DNA of 64,000 nucleotides from an uncultured Staphylococcaceae bacterium (GTDB taxonomy: Bacteria > Bacillota_I > Bacilli_A > RFN20 > CAG-826): contig CAZDEE010000002.1 of NCBI GenBank assembly GCA_964504595.1, forward strand, positions 49,839 to 113,838. The letters are read 5' to 3'. Made by a program: the position numbers and the translations under genes. Position 1 is the first letter of the stretch. Each line of letters opens with the position of its first letter. Below are positions 55,020-62,940 of the stretch, piece after piece. A model generated the notes under the pieces. The model did no database searches. It was given only the letters and a program-made list of their open reading frames with translations, and was not told the origin of the DNA.

Positions 55020-56036
55020 ATGTCACAGAAAAAGTCATTAAAAGAAAATGTCGGCAATTATTTATATAAGCATCGTTCAGCAAAAAAGGTGGTTAATAAC
55101 ATCTATGCGGTAATTATGCTTGCATTATCTGCTTTAATTTTCTCTTTTGGCTTTCGAGCATTTGTTTCACCAGAAGTGACTAATGGCGATTCAATTATGA
55201 TATTAGCGACCGGAGGTATGAGTGGTTTATCACAAGTTTTTGTTAAAATTACTCAGTTTATCTTAGGAAGAGAAATTGTTGGTGGTGAATTAAATACATT
55301 CCAATCTATTTATTTCTTTGTGCTTAATATTCCAATTGTTATTTTAGCCTATAAGGGAATTGGAAAAAGATTTGCTCTTTATACAATTATCAATGTTGTT
55401 CTTTCTTCAATTTTACTTAAGGCGTTACCTAGTAATATAGTTGTGCTCTTTGAAAAATTAGCAACAGATAATTTGACAAGATCATTATTTGCCGGTATAT
55501 GTACCGGATTAAGTAGTTCTCTTGCTTTAATGGTTGATGGTTCTGCCGGTGGACTTGATGTTATTTCATATTATATTGCTTTAAAAAAATCCACTTCTGT
55601 AGGTAAGTATGTTTTAATATTTAATGGGGCGATTGTGACTTTATTTACCGCTTTGTCATATTTGCCAGTTACTTCAGGAGGAGCATATAATACGGATGCA
55701 TGGGTTTTATTAATTTATGCATGTGTCTATTTATTCGTGGTATCTTTAGTTGTTGATCATTTGAGTAAAAGAAATAAAAAAGCTCAAATACAAATTATTA
55801 CTACTCATGATGAATTACAAAAAATACTTTTATCTAATTTTAAACATGGTTGTACTGTAGTTGACGCAAAAGGAGCGTTTTCTGGAGAAGGAAAAAAGAT
55901 TATTTATATGGTCGTTTCTTCTGTTGAAGTGAAAAAGGTGATTAGTATTGTTCGTGAATACGATCCTCAATCATTTATTAATGTCGTTTCAGTTCAAGCT
56001 TTATATGGACAATTCCATGTTGATCCAATTAAATAG
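55020..56036 (+). CDS. YitT-family membrane protein (DUF2179 C-terminal domain)
   Basis: Five or six TM helices with GG..G motifs. The C-terminal soluble domain ends in the typical pattern (GCTVVDAKGAFSGE...IYMVVS..E...V..IV.E.DP.SFI). Confidence 0.8.
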   Translation: MSQKKSLKENVGNYLYKHRSAKKVVNNIYAVIMLALSALIFSFGFRAFVSPEVTNGDSIMILATGGMSGLSQVFVKITQFILGREIVGGELNTFQSIYFFVLNIPIVILAYKGIGKRFALYTIINVVLSSILLKALPSNIVVLFEKLATDNLTRSLFAGICTGLSSSLALMVDGSAGGLDVISYYIALKKSTSVGKYVLIFNGAIVTLFTALSYLPVTSGGAYNTDAWVLLIYACVYLFVVSLVVDHLSKRNKKAQIQIITTHDELQKILLSNFKHGCTVVDAKGAFSGEGKKIIYMVVSSVEVKKVISIVREYDPQSFINVVSVQALYGQFHVDPIK

Positions 56037-56059
56037 TATAGAGATATTGTTTAGATTTA

Positions 56060-56548
56060 TTATTTGTTTAATTTAAGATATTCTTCTATTGCAATTAATT
56101 CTCGATGATATAAACCAAATCTAGCTAAGTTAGAACTTTTGTATAGCTCATATTCTTTAAAAATATGTAATGCCTCTTTAATAGGCATCCATACAAAAGT
56201 TAAACCTAGCTTTTTTTCATTATCAGTTAAATGTGTTTTTTGATGTTCTGAGATAATTTCACATATGAAATAGTGATTAATATGTTTCATATCTTGAAAT
56301 AATTCTTCTATATCTAAATAATTTTCTTTTGGAAAACAGATAATTCCTGTTTCTTCAAGAATCTCTCTTTTACAGCATTCTATTAATGTTTCATTTTCTT
56401 CGATGCCTCCACCAGGAATTAAATATTGATTTTCATTTTTTTCATAACTAAGAAGTATTTTATTATCTTTGATTATAATACCTCTACAAGCATGTCTAAT
56501 AGAGGATATATAACCTAAGAAATCATTGCTTTTAATATTTTTTTTCAT
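56060..56548 (-). CDS. NUDIX hydrolase
   Basis: Nudix box GGGIEENETLIECCKREILEETG. Confidence 0.88.
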   Translation of the reverse strand: MKKNIKSNDFLGYISSIRHACRGIIIKDNKILLSYEKNENQYLIPGGGIEENETLIECCKREILEETGIICFPKENYLDIEELFQDMKHINHYFICEIISEHQKTHLTDNEKKLGLTFVWMPIKEALHIFKEYELYKSSNLARFGLYHRELIAIEEYLKLNK

Positions 56549-56778
56549 AGTTTGTTTTCTCCTTTTGGTAAATAATTAATTGTTTTTCTGTATTTATATT
56601 TCAAAATTAATTGATTATGAGGTCTTGTCTTAGATATATTACTATGAGATTAAATATAAGGAAAGTTATTTAATGTTCATATTCAATATTAAAATTATTA
56701 ACAAATTGAATATTTAAAAAAATGATGCGGTAAAAAATGCATATAAAACTATAGAAAGAAATGGAGATAAAAGATAAT

Positions 56779-56894
56779 AAAAAAGCCTCTGAATAGAGGC
56801 TGCCTACCAGGTTTGTAGGCGGGGTACGTGGTTGCCACTATCGTCGCCGATAGAGCTGCCTATTCAGGGTTTATCTGTGTGAGATTTACCTTGG
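56779..56894 (-). ncRNA. Candidate structured small RNA or orphan riboswitch-like element (class not recognised)
   Basis: Own promoter and terminator. GNRA-capped hairpin (56838-53), second hairpin (56802-20), and a 5' segment complementary to the terminator. A GC-rich island in AT-rich spacer. No ORF. Confidence 0.55.
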
Positions 56895-56900
56895 ATTAAT

Positions 56901-56930
56901 ATTCTATGATGATTTTTAAAGAATTGTCAA
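56901..56930 (-). promoter_or_regulatory. Sigma-A-type promoter of the candidate sRNA
   Basis: Minus strand TTGACA (56930-25), 18 nt, TAGAAT (56906-01). Confidence 0.6.
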
Positions 56931-57114
56931 TAAAAAAGGCGGTTTGAGAAATGAAATAAAAAATAAGGTCAAATTCAGTTGTGTGTGAATTTTGATGGAT
57001 AATAGCGGAAGCATAAAAAATGTTCGAACTTCTTACATTTATTATTTGAGATTCGAACTTTTTTGGCTATTTTGGATTTTTTTAACGCTTACGTTTCAAA
57101 TGGTTTCAGGCAAT

Positions 57115-57140
57115 AAAAAAAGCGCTACTTCTGTAGCACT
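57115..57140 (-). terminator. Terminator after tRNA-Ser(GCU)
   Basis: Minus strand AGTGCTAC-agaa-GTAGCGCT followed by T7. Confidence 0.75.
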
Positions 57141-57151
57141 TATTACTCTAA

Positions 57152-57242
57152 TGGCGGAGCAAGAGAGACTCGAACTCTCGCACCAGTTACCCGATCTACT
57201 TCCTTAGCAGGGAAGCCCCTTCACCAACTTGGGTATTGCTCC
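57152..57242 (-). tRNA. tRNA-Ser (GCU), CCA encoded
   Basis: GGAGCAATACCCAAGTTGGTGAAGGG. Anticodon arm CUUCC-CUGCUAA-GGAAG. Long variable arm. Confidence 0.9.
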
Positions 57243-57308
57243 AGCGACTATGTAATAGTAACATAGTCGAATAAATCTTTCAATAGAAAATATTTAAAAA
57301 TCCTTAAA

Positions 57309-58745
57309 TTAGTATGCTTTTGCGAATAAAACAACCTTTTTAGCTTTCTTTCCGCATATTGGACAAACATCATCAAATGGTGTTTGGTCAAATGGCATAC
57401 ATCTCGATGTTGCGGATAGATCGGCTTTAATTTTATTTTCACATTCTTCATCGCCACACCACATCATCTTAGCGTATCCGCCTTTGTTTTCAATAACATC
57501 TTTTAATTCATCGTATGTATGAACTACAGTTGTGTGATTTAATAAATATTTAAATGCTTTTTCATACATTTCTTCGTGAATTTGATTTAAAAGTGTTTCA
57601 ACAGTATTAACTAAATCATCTAAGTTATTAACTGATTTTTCTCCATTATGACGTTTAGAAGCCACAAATACATTGTTTGCAATATCACGAGGACCAATTT
57701 CAATTCTAAGTGGAATACCTTTCATTTCATATTCATGGAATTTCCATCCTGGAGTCATTGAGGTATCATCATCTAATTTAACTCTATAACCAGCATTTTT
57801 TAATTTTATTTCAATTTCTTTTGCTTTATCTAAAACACCAGGTTTTTGAATTTGAATTGGAACGATGACTATTTGAATTGGTGCAACACGTGGTGGTAAT
57901 GATAAACCATTATTATCACCATGGACCATAATTAAAGCCCCTAATAATCTTGTTGAAACACCCCATGATGTTTGTTCGGCAAATTTAACTTTTCCATCTT
58001 TATCTTGGAATTTAATACCAAAAGCTTCAGCAAAACCATGTCCAAAGAAGTGAGTTGTTCCACTTTGTAGGGCCTTTCCATCTGGCATTAAAGCTTCGAT
58101 AGAATATGTTTCTTCTGCACCGGCAAACTTTTCTTTTTCAGTTTTTCTACCAGTACTAAATGGAATAGCAAGTAAGTCACGACCCATGTTGTTATAGACT
58201 TCTAGCATTGATAATGTTTCATGACGTGCTTCTTCTTCGGTAGCGTGAATTGTATGACCTTCTTGCCATAAGAATTCAGCTCCACGTAAGAATGGTCTAG
58301 TTGTTTTTTCCCATCTTACAACTGAACACCATTGATTATATTTAAGTGGTAAATCACGATAAGAAGAAACTATTTTAGCGTAATGTTCACTAAAAAGGGT
58401 TTCACTTGTAGGACGGACAATTAAACGTTCATCTAATTCCGCTTTTCCTCCAATTGTTACAATCGCACATTCAGGGGCAAATCCTTCAACGTGGTCTTTT
58501 TCTTTTTGAAGAAGTGATTCAGGTATCAACATTGGCATATAAACATTTTGATGTCCTGTTTCTTTAAATTTCTTATTTAGGTAATCTTGAATTTGTTCCC
58601 AAATTGCGTATCCATAAGGACGATAAATAATAAATCCTTTCGTGGATGCATAATCCATTAATTCCGCTTTACGGCAAACATCTGTATACCATTGAGCAAA
58701 ATCAACTTCTTGAGCAGTTATTGCTTCGTTTTTGTTGTCTATCAT
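57309..58745 (-). CDS. proS: Proline--tRNA ligase (archaeal/eukaryote-like short type with C-terminal Zn-binding domain)
   Basis: 478 aa, no bacterial INS editing insertion. Class II motifs. C-terminal WCG.EECE...C...CGK pattern. Confidence 0.9.
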   Translation of the reverse strand: MIDNKNEAITAQEVDFAQWYTDVCRKAELMDYASTKGFIIYRPYGYAIWEQIQDYLNKKFKETGHQNVYMPMLIPESLLQKEKDHVEGFAPECAIVTIGGKAELDERLIVRPTSETLFSEHYAKIVSSYRDLPLKYNQWCSVVRWEKTTRPFLRGAEFLWQEGHTIHATEEEARHETLSMLEVYNNMGRDLLAIPFSTGRKTEKEKFAGAEETYSIEALMPDGKALQSGTTHFFGHGFAEAFGIKFQDKDGKVKFAEQTSWGVSTRLLGALIMVHGDNNGLSLPPRVAPIQIVIVPIQIQKPGVLDKAKEIEIKLKNAGYRVKLDDDTSMTPGWKFHEYEMKGIPLRIEIGPRDIANNVFVASKRHNGEKSVNNLDDLVNTVETLLNQIHEEMYEKAFKYLLNHTTVVHTYDELKDVIENKGGYAKMMWCGDEECENKIKADLSATSRCMPFDQTPFDDVCPICGKKAKKVVLFAKAY

Positions 58746-58763
58746 ATAAAAAACCTTCTTTCT

Positions 58764-60524
58764 TTACTTTCTTATAACATTCATTTTTCTGGTCGTTAAT
58801 TCAATGAAGTCTTCACTTGGTGATTCGATTGCATTACCGGCAAAAATTGTGAAATTTTTATCTCTTAAAATATGAATCATTGATTTATTATCCATATCAA
58901 TAGCAATCATTGGACGATGGAAACTTATAAGCTTTGATGTTAAACGTTTGATTGCGGAAGATGATGCTAGACTTTCTTCTCCTGTTGTTAAGCTTTTATC
59001 GATAATAAAGAAGTCAAATGATTCATAGACTCCATTGGCCCACGTTAAGTTACCTTCTCTAAGTAATAAGGCGATTTGGGAACCTTTCTTTCTTATTGCA
59101 TGTAAATCTGTAATAACTTCTTCATAACTTCTTGCAACGAGTTCATTCATATCGTTTTCATCGATTACAATGACTATATTACAATCTTTTGTATGACGAA
59201 TATCAGATAATACTTTTAGAATACAATCTTTATCATGACTAGAAATAGAAATAAAAAGTTTTAATTCATTTTCATTTTCTGATTCTAATGTTCTTTTTAT
59301 TGATTCGTTGTAGAACTTATTAATTAAAGAACGACATATGACTTGTAATAATTCTTCATTTCTTCCATATTCATTGGCTTTTGTTTTCATTTCATCGATA
59401 TTTCTAAATGAGGAATTCTCGGGTTCAACAAAAGCGTAATAGCCAAACATTTTAAGAGGAACACTTTGAACCATCGGTTGGAATAAATACCGTAATTTTC
59501 GTTCTCTTTTCTTGCCTTTAATGACACTTTCTAATTCTTCTTCCCATAATTGAGAGGTAAATTCTTCTGTACCATCACCCGGAAGGAACCAGTCAAATCT
59601 ATTTTCTTGTCTTTCTGCAGAGATAGATTTATTTAAAGCGACATCTAAACATTTCTTACCATCGGCAAAATATTTGGTTTCAACTGCGCCGATAGAAAAA
59701 CCAAAATCGTTTTGATAGGAATGAATTTCTAATCTTGAGTTTAGTTTTTTTATTAAAGATATCGTTGATTTTTGCATATCGGATAATGTTGAATATCCGG
59801 TATCATATATTACAAAACTATTTGCATCATCATATTCAATTCTAAAACGAGATTTCTTTTCTTTTAAGTGCAAGAAGCATGCTTGTCTTAATTCATTTAG
59901 CATTGCTGTTTGTCTTGCTTGATCAATTCGTTTATCAAGAGCAAAAAATCTTATAAACAATAATAAACCGCTGTTAACACTTTTCTTAGTAAAGATGGTG
60001 TCAATATTTATACCTTTACTTTCATTAACAGAGGCTAAGAAGAAGTGCTTCTTTTTTGAATAATCGTTTAAGAATTCAACGCTATAACTTGATAAGTGAA
60101 CAATGTGTTTTTCTTGTTCTAAGCTATCGATTGTAAAATATAAAGGAACGATGTGCCTTCCATCTAAATTCATCGTAATTTCTGTTAGTAGATTACGATT
60201 ATCATTAAAGATATTTTCTAGCCATGTTCTAAACAAATCACGAGAGCGAGGGTCAATAATATGCGTATAAAATGATTCTAGTTTAAGATTGACTTGCATT
60301 CTAGGATTTGCTTTTTCAAAATAAATAACAGTTTCATCAGCAAAATTAATAGCAAATATATAATTTTTTCTTTTTTTAGAAGCAATTATTTTAGATTGTT
60401 TATTTGAACGATGAGCTGAAACAAAAAGCATCGTGGTAATAAAGACTAATAGGATAGAAAAAACAATCATCATAATTAACATAATTAAGGATTCATGTTC
60501 TTCATAAAATGCTTTTAACAACAT
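58764..60524 (-). CDS. Membrane-anchored protein with a PAS-like region, a degenerate GGDEF-like domain and a degenerate EAL-like domain
   Basis: Start at the ATG at 60524 after GAGGTGA; the longer ORF would run through tRNA-Ser. One TM helix. GGDEF-domain pattern with DANSF at the GGDEF position. EAL-domain opening LRYLFQPMV..., with YAF at the EAL position and LLREG at the DDFG position. Confidence 0.55.
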   Translation of the reverse strand: MLLKAFYEEHESLIMLIMMIVFSILLVFITTMLFVSAHRSNKQSKIIASKKRKNYIFAINFADETVIYFEKANPRMQVNLKLESFYTHIIDPRSRDLFRTWLENIFNDNRNLLTEITMNLDGRHIVPLYFTIDSLEQEKHIVHLSSYSVEFLNDYSKKKHFFLASVNESKGINIDTIFTKKSVNSGLLLFIRFFALDKRIDQARQTAMLNELRQACFLHLKEKKSRFRIEYDDANSFVIYDTGYSTLSDMQKSTISLIKKLNSRLEIHSYQNDFGFSIGAVETKYFADGKKCLDVALNKSISAERQENRFDWFLPGDGTEEFTSQLWEEELESVIKGKKRERKLRYLFQPMVQSVPLKMFGYYAFVEPENSSFRNIDEMKTKANEYGRNEELLQVICRSLINKFYNESIKRTLESENENELKLFISISSHDKDCILKVLSDIRHTKDCNIVIVIDENDMNELVARSYEEVITDLHAIRKKGSQIALLLREGNLTWANGVYESFDFFIIDKSLTTGEESLASSSAIKRLTSKLISFHRPMIAIDMDNKSMIHILRDKNFTIFAGNAIESPSEDFIELTTRKMNVIRK

Positions 60525-60643
60525 GTATTTCACCTCGTTGTTATTATATACTTTGCTTATTAAATAAGCAATAAAGAAAAAAATGTGTAAAGTATACAAA
60601 AAAATAATGATTAATTGATTTATTGTGTTATAATTACGGAGCT

Positions 60644-60734
60644 GGAGGAATACCCAAGCGGCTGAAGGGATCAGTTTCGAAAACTGACAGAAGGTGCAAG
60701 CCTTGCGGGGGTTCAAATCCCCCTTTCTCCGCCA
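60644..60734 (+). tRNA. tRNA-Ser (CGA), CCA encoded
   Basis: GGAGGAATACCCAAGCGGCTGAAGGG. Anticodon arm UCAGU-UUCGAAA-ACUGA. Long variable arm. Upstream TGTTATAAT. Confidence 0.9.
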
Positions 60735-60748
60735 TTAAGATTATAAAT

Positions 60749-60773
60749 ATCCGATTTTCATCGGATTTTTTTA
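60749..60773 (+). terminator. Terminator after tRNA-Ser(CGA)
   Basis: ATCCGA-ttttca-TCGGAT followed by T7. Confidence 0.8.
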
Positions 60774-61232
60774 TTTTTTTGCTCTTTATATTTCTCATAA
60801 TTAATACAGAAAGCACATTTTTACTGATAATAATATTTATTTGTTAGTAGGTGTTTTGATTTTATAGCAAATAGAATTATATTGATAGTTATAGTGTGTT
60901 TAGTCGAAAAATGCTACAGAACCCATGTAAAATTAATTTTCCCCTTTTTTAATATTATTTGCTTTATAATTAAACTTAATGTATATATTTTTTTTGAAAA
61001 AACAATTATAAAAAGTATAATATTATTAAGTACAAGGAACGGTTTAAAAGTAGCGCTATGCTATGTCGATGTCTAGCTTGAATTTCTAATGAGGATAGTA
61101 AATACCAAAGTCATGCTTAAAATATTTAACTAAATCTTGGCTAATTATTTTTTAAAAGTCTATATAGATAAAGTTAAATATTACGAAATTTTTAATAATT
61201 ATAAAATTATAAAGGGAATAGGAGAAATAATT

Positions 61233-62450
61233 ATGTTAGATACTTTATTTGAAAAATTAGTTAATTGGCGGGAATCAGATGATTTTACTCAAAAAAAAGA
61301 AAAAGAAAAATCTAATTTAAAATATTTAAATTTCTTTTTAGAAAAATTTACTTTGGATTATATTTCCACTATGCCTATTGATGAATATGTATCTGGAAGA
61401 AATAACAAAGAATCTTTTTGTTATATGATAGAAGAAAATCTTGATTGTTTTGGCTCTATTAGCCATAGAACAACAGCATTTCAAAAATATGTAATATATT
61501 GGTCTGATGAAAAAAAAGATTATTTATTTGGCGATAATAGAACAAAACAAAGAAAGGGCTTTGGTTCTAATAAAGATGATATATACGCTAATGTTAGAAA
61601 ATATATTAGAGAAGTTATTATTGCTTCAATTAATAATGATTACAAAGCTATTGCCAGTAATCCTTTAAACCCTCAATTTAAAAATAAGATTGCGTATTTA
61701 TATAATAGAGATAATCAAATTCCTATTTATAGTAATGATGATTTAAATGTCATTTTAACTTTATTTAAAATTCCTTTTAAAACAAATGAAGATAGAGCAT
61801 TTAAAAGAGAAAAATTATTTAAGTTTTATGTAGAAAATGAAATAAATAAAATTGTTACACCATATCAATTCATGGAATTTATTTATAGTGGGTATGGTTA
61901 TAGAAAATATTTGAGAAGTGATGAAAAGCCTACTATAGATGTTTATGATATTAAAGATTATTCGTTAATTGATGTGGAAATGGATAGAGCAATTAGTATC
62001 AAAAGAAGTGGTAATGGAACTAAGAAAAGGGTTATTTATAATCCTAATTCTGAGGAAAGTAAGAGAATAACTGGTAGAAAAGCAGAAGACATTGTATATG
62101 AATATCTTGAAAAGCATAAAGAAGAATTAGATATTAAAGAAATTAATAGTTATTGCTTTGGTGAAAATAAAGATGATGGAAGAGGATATGATGTAAGCTA
62201 TATTAAAACTGATGGAACTGAAATATATATTGAAGTAAAAGCAACTAAATTAGATTTAAAGGATGAAATATTATTTGAAATGTCCGCGAATGAATATTCA
62301 GTTATGAAAGCACATTCTGATACATATTATATTTATTTTGTTAATAATGTTAACAAAGGAAAAATAATTAAAAGAATTTTAGGAAAAGACATTTCTGTGG
62401 CAGAACCAGTAAAATATAGAATAAATTTTGAGTCAAAAAAGAAAATATAA
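61233..62450 (+). CDS. DUF3883 (NOV C-terminal, restriction-endonuclease-like) domain protein with an uncharacterised N-terminal domain
   Basis: AGGAGA RBS before the ATG at 61233. The C-terminus GRKAEDIVYEYL...GYDVSY...IYIEVKAT...FEMSANEYSVM...YYIYFV fits the DUF3883 pattern. Confidence 0.65.
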   Translation: MLDTLFEKLVNWRESDDFTQKKEKEKSNLKYLNFFLEKFTLDYISTMPIDEYVSGRNNKESFCYMIEENLDCFGSISHRTTAFQKYVIYWSDEKKDYLFGDNRTKQRKGFGSNKDDIYANVRKYIREVIIASINNDYKAIASNPLNPQFKNKIAYLYNRDNQIPIYSNDDLNVILTLFKIPFKTNEDRAFKREKLFKFYVENEINKIVTPYQFMEFIYSGYGYRKYLRSDEKPTIDVYDIKDYSLIDVEMDRAISIKRSGNGTKKRVIYNPNSEESKRITGRKAEDIVYEYLEKHKEELDIKEINSYCFGENKDDGRGYDVSYIKTDGTEIYIEVKATKLDLKDEILFEMSANEYSVMKAHSDTYYIYFVNNVNKGKIIKRILGKDISVAEPVKYRINFESKKKI

Positions 62451-62648
62451 AATTCTGTTAAATTAATGATTAAAGTATTGTTGTATTTACTTTTTAAATT
62501 AACAAGAAAATAGAAATAGTCAATAATTTAACATTTGGTATTTTTAGCTTTATAGAATTTTTAAAAACATTAATTTAATAAAGCACTACAATTTTCAGAT
62601 AATGTGAATAATTAGTGAAATATTAATTTCATAAATGAGGTAAGTATA

Positions 62649-62908
62649 TTGAATAGCCTAGAATTAATAATTAATGAAGTGAAAAAATTGCTTGATAATG
62701 AATGCTTTCAGCATTATTATTGGCATTAACGATTCCAGAAGATGTTTGTGGCAAAATATTATATCCAAAAGAAAAATAATAAACAAAGATATATTAAATT
62801 GTTTGACAAATATATAAGGTTGGTTATAAATAAATCTTATTATATTAACCAATCTAATTATAATTTTATTAAATGTATTAAAAAAAGGATGGTATCCTAT
62901 AAGGATTA
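62649..62908 (+). pseudogene. Possible frameshifted remnant of a small gene
   Basis: GAGG RBS plus TTG start. Three consecutive short reading-frame pieces (LNSLELIINEVKKLLDNECFQ... / ALTIPEDVCGKILYPKEK / NNKQRYIKLFDKYIR...) read as one protein when joined across two frame changes. Confidence 0.3.
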
Positions 62909-62940
62909 ACCACCCTAAATTTTAAGGTTTTAAAGATTCA

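Noticed and set aside
56779-56894. Considered that the structured RNA is the small SRP (4.5S/scRNA) gene, because of a GNRA-capped hairpin and ACCUGG/CCAGGU-like strings.
   Set aside because: The universally conserved helix-8 sequence (GUCAGGUCC-GGAA-GGAAGCAGC) is absent on both strands. The fold is a three-way junction rather than one long hairpin. An Rfam scan is still needed.
60525-60716. N-terminal 64-aa extension of the 650-aa ORF in the track.
   Set aside because: It runs antisense through tRNA-Ser(CGA) and its promoter. A good RBS (GAGGTGA) precedes the internal ATG at 60524.
60735-62940. Whether the islet is an integrated mobile element using tRNA-Ser as its att site.
   Set aside because: I found no integrase or recombinase gene and no direct repeat of the tRNA 3' end downstream. 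I therefore call it only a compositionally distinct islet.
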